From Octopus vulgaris (lineage: Eukaryota): 64,000 nucleotides of DNA. The position numbers and the translations under genes are program-made. Positions 13,560-26,071 of the stretch are shown here, in pieces. The notes below the pieces were generated by a model. It did not search any database. It saw only the letters and a program-made list of their open reading frames with translations, and was not told the DNA's origin. Each line of letters begins with the position of its first letter. Within the stretch, counting starts at the first letter, position 1. Where the stretch lies: NCBI GenBank assembly GCA_951406725.2, contig OX597814.1, positions 68,262,001-68,326,000 on the forward strand, in the 5' to 3' direction.

Positions 13560-14929
13560 CTTATAATCCAAGTTGCTAATAGGTGAAAACATATTTCGGC
13601 AGAACAATTGTTTACTATAAGAAATGTATAGCTCGACATTGGTATAAAAAGCTATGAGATAAACTTTATATCTTTTATATCGTTTACAAAAGCTGTAAAA
13701 TTAGATCTTACAGCTGTGTTGGCCATGTCGATAATTATGTCTCATTTTACCAATATTAGCCCTTTATGGTTGGTCAATATATAGATATAAATGAGACATT
13801 AACAAAAATATCACAAGGCCTCTTCGGAGATTATGTAATATAACTCAGTCTACATATATACCCACATGGGTGTGGGTGCGTACCCACAATACAACATATA
13901 TATATGCATATGAGTGCATATGCTCATATTCCTATACATATAAAAATATACATTTACATAATGATATAAATAAATAATATAAATTAGTAAACATATATAT
14001 GTGTTCCACACTCAATGTCTCAGTTTTTCGAATTAATATTGTGATAATAAACATACACAAATTAATACCTAGATGCAAATATACATAGTCAATAGTACAT
14101 TATATTACTTCATAAAAGTTTCTAAAGTGTCATTAAAGTTAGTATCATTATCGTTGTCAATACCATTAATGTTATCATTGTTATCATTCATAATATTATT
14201 AATAACTCTTACATTATGATCCAGAGCGGAATATATGTATATCCGTGTTCCAGTTAATAATTTTCCTTATGGCATAAATACACTATTGGATTTGAATTTA
14301 AAATTATCATTATCTTCCTCACGGTTGGTCAATTGAGAATCGCCCGACCTCCACCACACCGTACAAGCAAAACATACACATCCACATCTAACCCTAAACC
14401 CATACATCCACACAGAGACTCACACACACATGTACACACACATGAATACAACCCGACACATCTCTACAATAAATTGGAGAGTGCATGTCTGTCATCGTAT
14501 GGCTTATAGACATATCAGTACAGGCAGCAGTGTCTAACACTAACACACACACTCGCACGCACATCCGCATATACGCATAAATATTATTACACTTTCCTAT
14601 ACTGTGTCAGGGAACTTTCGCACACACACATATATATATATATTTAAATATATATCTGCGCACTCATACGTACAAATAAAACCCATATTTGTATCTACCC
14701 ATGAATGAATATTCGCATATACATATATACACATCCACCCACGATCATACCTGTATGTACAAAAACATATATACTTACACATACACATTTTCACACACCT
14801 ACAGAGGTTACTATTAATTTAGAATAAGTTTATTAATTATAAGTTAAATTAATTATAGATTAGTAAGTGCCAAATAAACAAAAATAAATAATTAAATAAA
14901 TAAATATGAATATATATATACATACACAA

Positions 14930-14987
<58 letters not shown>

Positions 14988-17370
14988 CCATGTATAGATA
15001 AATAGATAAATAAATGGAATACAAATCAAGGAGGGCATAAACATAAACCTATTATAGTAAGTATAAGTGGATACGCCGGGATGCACCCACATGCACATAC
15101 ATGTGCGTGCACGCCCTCGCACAACCCCCAATAGACCAACCATAAAAAAAGAGAATCCCACATTATATGTTTATCGAGATAAACAACTTATAGTAATTAT
15201 AGACTCTTACATATTACATATTGGTATAGTAAAAACTCAAACTAGTGCCCTAAGATATGATGCACCTATACATCTTACACCTATATCATGCATATATCAG
15301 AATAACTATATATTTTTGTATATTTTTTTCAGTCGGGACAGAAACAATTAATGTAGAACACATACATGGAGACACAAAAGTTATAAATTATAAATTGTAA
15401 GGACCAATAGTACAGTCCTATATAGATGAATGCTAAAAGGTTACTGGTAGAATAATTAGATGTTATTTAAATCTAGAGAAAGTGTACGCCAATTTGTGAA
15501 GACAACAAAAATTTCGCTCATTAATGCTGTTAATAATGGGTTGGCCGGCTTTGATGATGAAGAAAATTTCATTGATACATAAAGAGCATTTTTTATTTCT
15601 ACTATTGTATACAGGTGCAGATGTTAGTATTTCCCAATCTAATTTAAAATCTATGTTCTTACTCTTGAGTTCCCAGATATACGTACTTAGCCCCGTAGAG
15701 TTCATCCTATTTTTATTTTTAAAAGTATATCTATGATAGTTTAGCCGTTGTTTTATACTATTTTTAGTCGCACCAATGTACACCCTGCTATTATATTGTG
15801 TATTTACAGTGCATTGGTAAACCACCTCTCTTCTCAGACATTTATTACCAAATACACATTGATTCTTGCTTCTGCAATTGCAGCCATTAACAGATTGAGC
15901 AGATTTAACCCTGGCAGAAATCTCCGTAGCCCTATTTCTGTTGATATTATTGGACTTATTTTCACTACTACCCATGTTTATCTTTCTATCATTATAGAGG
16001 CAATCCAATTTCTTGTTGTTGAAGGAGGAGATGATGGTGGCTATATTATTCGTGATACTATATCCTATTCTAATAGTTCTATTGTTAATTATTTGGCTAA
16101 ATTTATTCTTACCCTTAGTAAATAGTCTATATATTACTTTATGTATAGTTCTGACTATATCGGTTTTAATCTGCATTGCATATGGTATTATTAGCCATAG
16201 AGTATCGTCGTCACTATGTGGATTACTCCTCAAGTTGTTATTCTTGGGAAAAACTCTATTATTCTTCCAACCCATATGCTTTCTACCCTTAGTATTGTCA
16301 ATATAATGCCTAGAATTCCCCTTTAGATTGGTTTTATTAGTGACTTTATTGTTATTCTTATTCCTATTATTATTATTGTTTAGATGAACTTCATTATTAC
16401 CATAAATATTATCAATGTTGTGATTGAGTATTATCTGGTAATTGATATTTGATTTAGATGTATTTCTCCATTTTCTAATCTTGTATATATATATATATAT
16501 ATATTAAATTAGGTCAGGGCATATCTGAGCGTTCTAGTAGGCTTGGTCTCTGTGTTAAAGAAGATTAAATAGAATTACTATTAAACTAAATTACATCGAT
16601 AGAGTTTTACCTTATATATTCTAAGATATCCATAAGGCGGGTGTATTTTTAAGTTGAATTTTAGGTTATACGGAAGTTGCCATACCTGTATGCGTTCCTA
16701 TGATTTATAAGAAAAAAAGGAAGATATTTTAAGCTAGTGATAATAACGATATCTAGCTGAAAGTTAAGCCAGGTAATATCGTGACGTATATATCTATCAT
16801 TCAGCATCTCCCACTTGTGTATCGGATAGAATATAACCTATACATGTATGAAAAATGCATAAAGATTTTCCCATGCAATTGTAAACATCTCAAGGCCTGT
16901 TCTAGTCTGTTGTTAGGCAATTGGTTGCTTCGATGTAAAAATCTGGTACATGTCTTTAATACATAAATCACATCTCTTTCCCTCTGTTCTATAAGCTACA
17001 ACCTTGCTTGTAGAAAGACCCTGAATGAATGTGCGCAGTAGATTATGCTGGGTTGCATACGGAACTGCACATACTCTGTGCAGCACAAGAATATGTCGGT
17101 CATTTTAACCAACTAATTATGCTGTATGACTAATTGTAAAATTAAAATTGAAGATGTATTAGTTTCTGTATTCTTTGTAATTCCTTGAAATTTATACTCC
17201 AGATACTAATCATAATTCAGCGAAGCGAACCCCGGAATTACCCATCATAAGAATTACAGTGGGATTGCTCATACTAAGCGATCATTGATGTTTATTACTA
17301 CTTAATGTGGTTAACCGAAACCTAGAATATACCTGAGAGCTATTACGGTATCTGCCTAGATAACCTTATC
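13560..17370 (-). mobile_element. Degenerate Hydra-like PLE; GIY-YIG ORF 15463-16275 open, RT decayed, long 3' UTR with a hammerhead-like motif
   Basis: CNCx5Cx5C linker, VVYQC...YIG, CSLC..E, CLH. RT-like remnants at 16500-17370. Boundaries approximate. Confidence 0.8.
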
Positions 17371-17382
17371 CCCATATACTCA

Positions 17383-17451
<69 letters not shown>

Positions 17452-17580
17452 AAAAGCAATTTAGATTCAAGTCAATTCTAATGAATTTACTTGAATGCGG
17501 TACTTAACTTAGATGCACCAGAAAACTATATGGTGTTAACCATACAGTAATGTGGGGTGATTATAAACGAGAAAGAAGCA

Positions 17581-19108
17581 ACAAGAATGGATAAGTTTTT
17601 AGTAAAATTGTTTCATACAAACACAGGCTTTATTAAAAGTTGCAAATATTGCAGCAGATAAAAGTGTCCCGTACTCATCAGCTAAAACACATATGAGTTC
17701 TCCAGACATCTTAGTGGGTGAGGCTACACTCATGAAGTATTGGAGATAATTTCATTAAAAGCAGATTTAGGTTGTAAACAGACTTCCGAAGTTCTTTAAT
17801 GATGATGCACAGTCTTATCACAGGTTTTTAAAAAAAGCTTATTAGCTTCACAGAGAAGGTGAATTAATCCGTAGTGTAGATGTAAAATTCCAGAGATATG
17901 AGGAGGAATTTCATACTCACAGACGATGAATTTATCCATGGTTAATCCACAATGAGGTGGGTATAATTTCATGCTATATGATAAGGTATTTGTCACATTA
18001 CTGTTCTCTTCACAAGACTGCTATGTTATGACTTCTAAAGGCTGAAGGAATTTTTGTGGAGCAAAGTAAAGAAAAGAAAGGAAAGAGAAGAAAAGAGACA
18101 AGGAAAAGGAAAAAAAGAAAAAGAAAAAAGAAAAAGGAAAAGAAAAAAGAAAAAAGGGGAGAAGAAAAGAAAAAAGAAAAAGAAAAAATAGAAAAAAAGA
18201 AAAAGAAAAAAAAGGGGAAGAAGGGAGAAAAAAAAACGCCCACATAGAGTATACTGTGACAACTGAGAGGGAAAGGGGCCGCAGGTGACGCCTGGCTGGC
18301 TTCGAATTTGCAGGAATCTAAGAACTATAAGGAGAATATTATTTTTGACCAGTAAACAGCTATTTATTGCTAACCTGACCTAGCTGAAAGCAGATATGAG
18401 AATCTAAAGAGATAACAAGGTCAGGGATAGAGGGGTCAAAGGCTATCATCAAAAGGAAATACATTAAGAGAAAAAAATAAGTGCAATCCTAACAAGAGGT
18501 CATTTAAATTTATTTATTTATTTATTATTTACTGTTACTGTCTTAAATTGTTGCCGTTACTATCTATACATTGACAGACTACAGGTCAATACTTAGAAGT
18601 TAGTTTACAAGGTGTGAGGGAATTGCCTATTTATATTGAAATTTCTCATACTACTTTCAAAGGAGTAGCATTACTTATTTAATTTTGTAATAGAATTATG
18701 AAGCCTTAGTAACTTATTTTATTAAAGTTGTGTTACCTAAATTAGATTACATTAAAAATTAAAAATTAAAAATTAAATTTAAAATTAAATAAATAAAACT
18801 TCATTCAAGCAACGTACAAGTACTATTTGTTTTCTTTTGCTCAAAATCAGGTGCAGTTATAAAGAAAAAGATAACTGTAGTGTGAGAGCTCGCAGTTATC
18901 TACTTAAAAAATTAAAGTTATGCTATACTAGTAAAAAACAAGTTATATCTATCTATCTATCTATCTTGTTACGATTATTCTATACGGTTATTCATTTAAA
19001 ATATTTTAGAGTCTTCAATTTTGCGTGGACACAAAATTGACCTAATTCAATATGGTTATTTAACAAACCCCTATTTTTTCTATGCTTTAGAATTTCAAAC
19101 GTCTCCAT
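17581..19108 (-). repeat. Inverted copy (pseudo-LTR) of the 3' end of the adjacent PLE
   Basis: Reverse complement of 21006-22484 with few substitutions and indels; unpaired sequence continues about 135 bp further left to (TA)n. Confidence 0.95.
17595..17688 (-). ncRNA. Hammerhead ribozyme motif of the Hydra-like PLE
   Basis: GTTTTAG-CTGATGA-GTACGGGACAC...GTGTTTGTAT-GAAA-CAATTT-TA-CTAAAAAC. Confidence 0.7.
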
Positions 19109-22100
19109 CATATCTAGAGAAGAAATCAATATTGTGCTACTAGCTAGAAAAACATTTATAGAATTTGAAGATAAGTTATGGACTAGAGCAGATACACCTA
19201 ATTGTTTTGACATACCCATGGGTTCCAGTGACTCGGCTGAGGTGACTAACCTAGTAGGCGCGTATCTATTAAAATGCATAAGTAAGGACATCCCTGAACT
19301 ACAAGGTGGTTTATATAGGGATGATGCTCTGTTTGTTATCCCTAGTAATAATAAATCTAGTATAGAAAGGATTAGAAAGAAAATTAATAAGTTCTTTAAG
19401 GATTTCAACCTCAGCATAACGTATGAACCTGGCACTAAAATAGTTAACTTCATAGATATTACGTTAGACCTTAACTCCAAGCTGCATTACCCATTTAGAA
19501 AAGAAGGCGAAATCACGAGATACGTAAATAAATTATCCAATCATCCCCCAAATATAATTGAATCTTTAGTCAGAAATATTTCATTAAGAATTTCAAAATT
19601 ATCATCCAATAAGGATATATTTAACTCCCATTCTGAGCATTATAATGCGGCGTTATCTAAGGCAGGATACAACCAAAAGATTACATTTATTGATAAGGAG
19701 AACTTACATATTCCTAATAAAGAAGTTATTAGTAATCACGTAAGCAGCAATATAGACCAGGCCCGAAATAGAAGTAGAAGTAGATTCACGGTAACCGCAA
19801 ATCTAGCGTAAAAGCCCAATAATACAAATAGAAGCATAGACCAAAGCATAGGTAACTCGGATAAAATCAAATTAGATAAATCAAAGATGCATACAAATAA
19901 TGGTAATAAATACAATGACTCTGGTGAGAAGATTAGTAATAATTCAACGAACCCTGATTCTAATTCAAGGAAATTTAATAAGAAAGATATAATATGGCTG
20001 AATATTCCTTTCAACTGTGCGATTAAATCGGATATACAGAGCAAATTCAAAGTAATTCTAGAAAGAAATTTCCCAATCTCTCATAGATATCATAGAATTA
20101 TTTCTAAAAAAACAGTTAGGATTTCTTATTCAACCCTCCCAAATATGTCCACTTTAATAGCTAAGATTAATAATAACAACATTAAGCTAGCCAGGAAAGA
20201 TAAAAATAAAAATAATAATACCAACATGAATACCAATAACAATTATAATAATACTACCAACAATAAACGCAACAATAGTAACTATCAAAACATGGGTAGA
20301 ATCAGTAACCACAGAATGACTAATAATAATATTAATAGTAATAGGAGTAATAATAATATTGATATTAATAGAAGTAATAATGTTAATAATAGAAGTAAGG
20401 CTAATAGAGAAAATACAGAGAGTGAAAATATCAGTGATATCTATAACAACAATATACATTCAGATAAAAATACTAGCAATAATAGTAACAATACCAATAA
20501 TGTAAATAATCATGGTAGGACTTTAGACCTAAAGGATGGAGCAGAAGGATCAATAAATAATAACAATGCTTTAGATAACAGCACCAACTATAAAAATAAT
20601 AATAATAATAAAGATAATTATACTCATGATAATCAAAATAACAGGAACATAAGACATCTATCCATAAATAATCCAACATCTGAAGTTGTTCCTCCTGCGT
20701 GTAAGTGTAGAATTAAGTCAAAATGCCCGGCACCTGGTCTATGCGGGGTAAATAACGTAATCTATAAATGTACCATATCTACTGAGAATAACAAATTTTT
20801 TTACATTGGTTGTACGATAAATTTTAGAGATAGAGTTAGAAACCACGTCTCATCTTTTAAATTACGTCATAAAGCTGGTACCACCACGCTTTCAAATAAG
20901 ATCTGGGAACTCAAAAATAATAATAGGAATTATAACCTTAAGTGGGAAATAGTTAGAAGAGCAATGCCGTATAAAAATAACAGGGTAGGTTGCCAACTCT
21001 GCTCCATGGAGACGTTTGAAATTCTAAAGCATAGAAAAAATAGGGGTTTGTTAAATAACCATATTGAATTAGGTCAAGTTTGTGTCCACGCAAAATTGAA
21101 GACTCTAAAATATTTTAAATGAATAACCGTATAGAATAATCGTAACAAGATAGATAGATAGATAGATATAACTTGTTTTTTACTAGTATAGCATAACTTT
21201 AATTTTTTAAGTAGATAACTGCGAGCTCTCACACTACAGTTATCTTTTTCTTTATAACTGCACCTGATTTTGAGCAAAAGAAAACAAATAGTACTTGTAC
21301 GTTGCTTGAATGAAGTTTTATTTATTTAATTTTAAATTTAATTTTTAATTTTTAATTTTTAATGTAATCTAATTTAGGTAACACAACTTTAATAAAATAA
21401 GTTACTAAGGCTTCATAATTCTATTACAAAATTAAATAAGTAATGCTACTCCCTTGAAAGTAGTATGAGAAATTTCAATATAAATAGGCAATTCCCTCAC
21501 ACCTTGTAAACTAACTTCTAAGTATTGACCTGTAGTCTGTCAATGTATAGATAGTAACGGCAACAATTTAAGACAGTAACAGTAATAAATAAATAAATAA
21601 ATAAATTTAAATGACCTCTTGTTAGGATTGCACTTATTTTTTTCTCTTAATGTATTTCCTTTTGATGATAGCCTTTGACCCCTCTATCCCTGACCTTGTT
21701 ATCTCTTTAGATTCTCATATCTGCTTTCAGCTACGTCAGGTTGGCAATAAATAGCTGTTTACTGGTCAAAAATAATATTCTCCTTATAGTTCTTAGATTC
21801 TTGCAAATTCGAAGCCAGCCAGGCGTCACCTGTGACCCCTTTCCCTCTCAGTTGTCACAGTATACGCTATGTGGGCGTTTCTTCTTTTCTCCCTTCTTCC
21901 CCTTTTTTCTTTTTTTCTTTTTCTTTTTTCTCTTCTTCTCCCCTTTTTTCTTTTTTCTTTTGCTTTTTCTTTTTTCTTTTTCTTTTTTTCCTTTTCCTTG
22001 TCTCTTTTCTTCTCTTTCCTTTCTTTTCTTTTCTTTGCTCCACAAAAATTCCTTCAGCCTTTAGAAATCATAACATAGCAGTCTTGTGAAGAGAACAGTA

Positions 22101-22481
22101 ATGTGACAAATACCTTATCATATAGCATGAAATTATACCCACCTCATTGTGGATTAACCATGGATAAATTCATCGTCTGTGAGTATGAAATTCCTCCTCA
22201 TATCTCTGGAATTTTACATCTACACTACGGATTAATTCACCTTCTCTGTGAAGCTAATAAGCTTTTTTAAAAACCTGTGATAAGACTGTGCATCATCATT
22301 AAAGAACTTCGGAAGTCTGTTTACAACCTAAATCTGCTTTTAATGAAATTATCTCCAATACTTCATGAGTGTAGCCTCACCCACTAAGATGTTTGGAGAA
22401 CTCATATCTGCTGCAATATTTGCAACTTTTAATAAAGCCTGTCTTTGTATGAAACAATTGTACTGAAAACTAATCCATTCT

Positions 22482-22484
<3 letters not shown>
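19109..22484 (+). mobile_element. 5'-truncated Hydra-like PLE: RT-linker-GIY-YIG ORF 19134-21122 with one in-frame TAA (19809-19811)
   Basis: FDIPMGSSDSAEV, GGLYRDD, SNHPP, CKCx5Cx5C, VIYKC..FYIG, CQLC..E, CVH. ORFs 19134 and 19887 share a frame. Ends at (TA)n. Confidence 0.93.
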
Positions 22485-22524
<40 letters not shown>

Positions 22525-22526
<2 letters not shown>

Positions 22527-24014
22527 ATTCGCCTTCAAGTAACACGGACAACGACCCGACTAAGGATAGCCCCCATCAACACAACACTAGCGCAGATAGA
22601 ATACGTTATGTGGCAGCAGAGACAGAAATAAGTGCCAATTTTCTAATAGGTGTAAAACAGAAAATGTAGTATACCAATGCGACGTACTTGCACATAACCA
22701 TACGAAATCGTATGTAGGCGCCACAAAAAACTAATAATACTGAGATACAACTCACACCAATCTAGCTTTAGAAATAGAAATAAAGCAAACTCTACAAGGC
22801 TTAGTAGCTACATCTGGTGCATTAAAGGATAAAAAAATTAATTATAGTTTAAAATAGAGCATCCTAGCAACCACCTCTTCTTATAACACTACTAATAGGC
22901 GGTGCGATTTCTGTAAAAACAGAGCGCCTGAAAATATTAATGGTTAAACCGCATTTACTGAATAAAAGACATGAAAATAATTTTTTTGTCTGCATATAGG
23001 CCAATTTGTCTTCTCTAAGTTTCGCTAAACCCGCTCTATCCTGTACATATCACTATTGTAGCCTCACCTCTGCTAGTAGATTTACTCATCAGCGCATTAC
23101 CTCCTCTTAACCACTTACACCAGCACAAACTTACATTATATGTAAATTCCTAACACGTATTCTACGTTACCCTACTCCAAACCCATATAAACAAATAATT
23201 ACATACCTACTCTACATTCTACGCCAGCCTATGTATGCATATAATTCTTTTTAACCGAGAATCATCTAAGATACTTACAAGCAAACTTTCCCTTCCCACC
23301 CTCTTTTTCTATATGCATCCTTCATAACTAAATCATATTACGACAATGAGTCTCTCTACACGCTAGATCGGACTCAGGCTTGTTCCATATTTTACACTAA
23401 TATATGGCTTCCTGTAATATTTCAATAGACACCTAGGTCATTATTATAGCACCGGTTTTCCCTAATTAGAGTTAGCTCCTTTACATTGCACCGCCGGTGA
23501 ACCCTCAGAAATCACATGCACGTGTTGCATGCCACTGAATAAACATGAGAACACAGTTCCAACTAACTTATATTCTTCATCCACCTCTTAACGGACTTAA
23601 CGAAATGTGAACCCCAATATAATGTAAGACACTCGAATCTCTGATCTCTTTTCCGATGTAACCATTGATCTTTCACTCTTCTTCTCTCTACCTCTGACTT
23701 CTTCGTTCTGACGATGTCTACCTTTGGCAGCGAGACAAAAATATAATATATATTTTCTTCACCATGGTAAATAGAAACGATCGTAAACAACTTCACTCTC
23801 ACTCTTACCTTTATTTACTAATTAAATAATGGCTTCTGTTTGTTGTTTGTCCTCCATTTTCTTCTTGCCTATATAAATTGAACTACAGTTATCCGCTAAA
23901 TTACCTGCTGCCGTATACCTTTTGCCGAGGAACATACCTACTGAGGTAATTACCAGAAGTGCCTTCGGATATATCTATCAATTAGGGGTTTTAAACACCG
24001 CTAACTTATACCTG

Positions 24015-24017
<3 letters not shown>
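22525..24017 (+). mobile_element. Decayed Hydra-like PLE 3' end (GIY-YIG remnant about 22600-23030 plus 3' UTR)
   Basis: Broken frames: CKTENVVYQC, YVGATK, STRLSSYIW, RCDFC, LLNKRHE..FCLH. Confidence 0.7.
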
Positions 24018-24077
<60 letters not shown>

Positions 24078-24321
24078 GTATGCTTTCTTTCAAGGAATCT
24101 AATGCTCTTAGCTTAGTTTTTCCTCGGGGCTTGCCAGATTGGAGCAATCTCAAGAATAACCAGCCGAAATTGCGAGGATTATCTGGTTATTGACTGAAGA
24201 TAGAAAACTTCGAATGACCCGTCCTTGTTTTCTTTGTATCGTCTATCTGGATGTTTTGTTGTCCCTTTTTATATGACCTAGTTGTCCGGATGTTTTGCGT
24301 TCTTGTCCTATTTTGTATTAT

Positions 24322-24367
<46 letters not shown>

Positions 24368-24485
24368 TTCAAACTATATATCAACTATACATGAACTATA
24401 TATCAACTATACATGAACTCTAAGATGTCTGACTCCGTTGTGTATTATAAATGAATTTCTTGTGTTTGACGGCATGAGCTGTCTT

Positions 24486-24556
24486 TTTTTATATATAACT
24501 TTTTTTGATAAGGTTCATTTCAGGAACTGAAACATGTTATAATGTATATATAAAAA
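24486..24556 (+). ncRNA. Type I hammerhead-like motif (U3-A8 core) in the pseudo-LTR; identical copy at 29193-29263
   Basis: TTGATAA-GGTTC/GAACT-GAAA-CATG-TT; palindromic ACATGT stem III; distal stem I TTTTTATATATA/TATATATAAAAA. Confidence 0.6.
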
Positions 24557-24670
24557 TTAAAAATTGTATAATACAGCAGCATTTTCGAACTTCATTTTTT
24601 ACAAATATATACCTACTCGTATACGAGCTAATCCTATTATAAATATCATATCACGTACGAGCTCCCGAAA

Positions 24671-26071
24671 ATGCCTGCTAAAAAAGACACCAACGACATC
24701 TCCTCAATAAATGAAGAGATACTCAAAGAATTGAAAAGCATAAATTCAAACCTAACAGCAGTGTTAAACAAACTCAACTTAACACCTCGACCTTCTACAC
24801 AAACTAACGAGGAAACCGAATCGAATAAAACACCCTCCGAAATATTCGAGAAAGTTGAAAATCTATGCGATACAATGACGACATTCTTCACAAACTTTAC
24901 GAAACAAGAGCAACAAAAAGAAGGAACACATGAGACGAACCGAGCAACTTCAACATTACAAATAAAGAACCAAGTCCTCCCCCAATGGAGAACACTACAG
25001 CGAAACAGAAAATTTGCTTTTTGGAAAATGATACAAAATCAGAATAAAGCAGAGATTTACCAAAAATGGCTAGACTCAACACCCCTAGTCATACCCCGTA
25101 AATTACAAATCAAGCCCATCTCGGAAGAACCAGAAGAACAAAGAAAACATAGAGAAAAAATGTCATTAGAAAAAATGAAGATGGAAATAGAACTACTTAA
25201 GCTGAGAGCTAAAACGAATGAAGAAAAAGTAAAAACCATAGACGAGGAAATCAACGAAGAAGTCATCAAACTAATAGACGACATCAATACTGAAACATTA
25301 CCAGCACTATGGAATGAAGAATGTGAAAAAGAGGAACTTAAGTCCCTCCAACGATGGGAAAAGAGCGCCATCTGGTTTCTAGATTATGAAACCAACTTCA
25401 AAAATGAACACATATCCAACAACCCCTTCATAAAATTAAGCAAATCAAAACCAAATACCAACAGAACGGAACAACCACCAAGAAATCCTACCACACTCTA
25501 CACCAGAAAAGTACACCTAAAACACACCCCACACTACCTACACCAACCCCAAAACACCTACAGAGGCCCACCACACCAGTTCGAAAATAGACATACCAAC
25601 AGAGCAGAACAACCACCAAGAAATACAAACACACTCTACACCAGAAAAATGCATTTAAAACGCACCCCACACTACCTACACCAACCCCAAAACACTTATA
25701 GGGTCCCACCACACCATTCCACGAACCTAAGAGCCACAACATACAATACTATAAAATACAACCCACATAACCAAACCAAAACGCTACTACCAAACATCCA
25801 CCCCAGGAACCAACCATACAACCATAACAAACAACAAGTGCACTACGGAGGAAACAACTACCAACACAATATACCTGAGGAACTAAGACGGAACACTAGG
25901 TTCAACAACAGACTCCAGAACAGAGCACCACAAACTCACTCTGACAATTATAACAACATGAGACAGATAAATAATAGCTTTGAACATAACTACACCAACC
26001 ATTTTTTAGACCTTACACACAGGAACAGGGACACACGATGGCAAAGGACAAACAAAAGAAACCTCAGGTAA
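24671..26071 (+). CDS. PLE ORF1: coiled-coil N-terminal domain, 46-aa tandem duplication, N/H/Q/P-rich tail
   Basis: 466-aa open frame inside the pseudo-LTRs; E/K-rich heptad segment; TNRxEQPPRN...HQPQNTYR repeated with a 138-bp period. Confidence 0.8.
   Translation: MPAKKDTNDISSINEEILKELKSINSNLTAVLNKLNLTPRPSTQTNEETESNKTPSEIFEKVENLCDTMTTFFTNFTKQEQQKEGTHETNRATSTLQIKNQVLPQWRTLQRNRKFAFWKMIQNQNKAEIYQKWLDSTPLVIPRKLQIKPISEEPEEQRKHREKMSLEKMKMEIELLKLRAKTNEEKVKTIDEEINEEVIKLIDDINTETLPALWNEECEKEELKSLQRWEKSAIWFLDYETNFKNEHISNNPFIKLSKSKPNTNRTEQPPRNPTTLYTRKVHLKHTPHYLHQPQNTYRGPPHQFENRHTNRAEQPPRNTNTLYTRKMHLKRTPHYLHQPQNTYRVPPHHSTNLRATTYNTIKYNPHNQTKTLLPNIHPRNQPYNHNKQQVHYGGNNYQHNIPEELRRNTRFNNRLQNRAPQTHSDNYNNMRQINNSFEHNYTNHFLDLTHRNRDTRWQRTNKRNLR

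Noticed and set aside
18010-18262. Poly-F and poly-K ORFs (and 21741-22089)
   Set aside because: Pyrimidine-rich low-complexity tract of the PLE 3' UTR
19809-19811. In-frame stop as possible selenocysteine recoding (Naiad-like)
   Set aside because: The codon is TAA, not TGA, and the endonuclease is C-terminal; most likely a nonsense mutation
24203-24225. CTGAAGA...GAAT hammerhead-like string
   Set aside because: Stems I and III are not convincing
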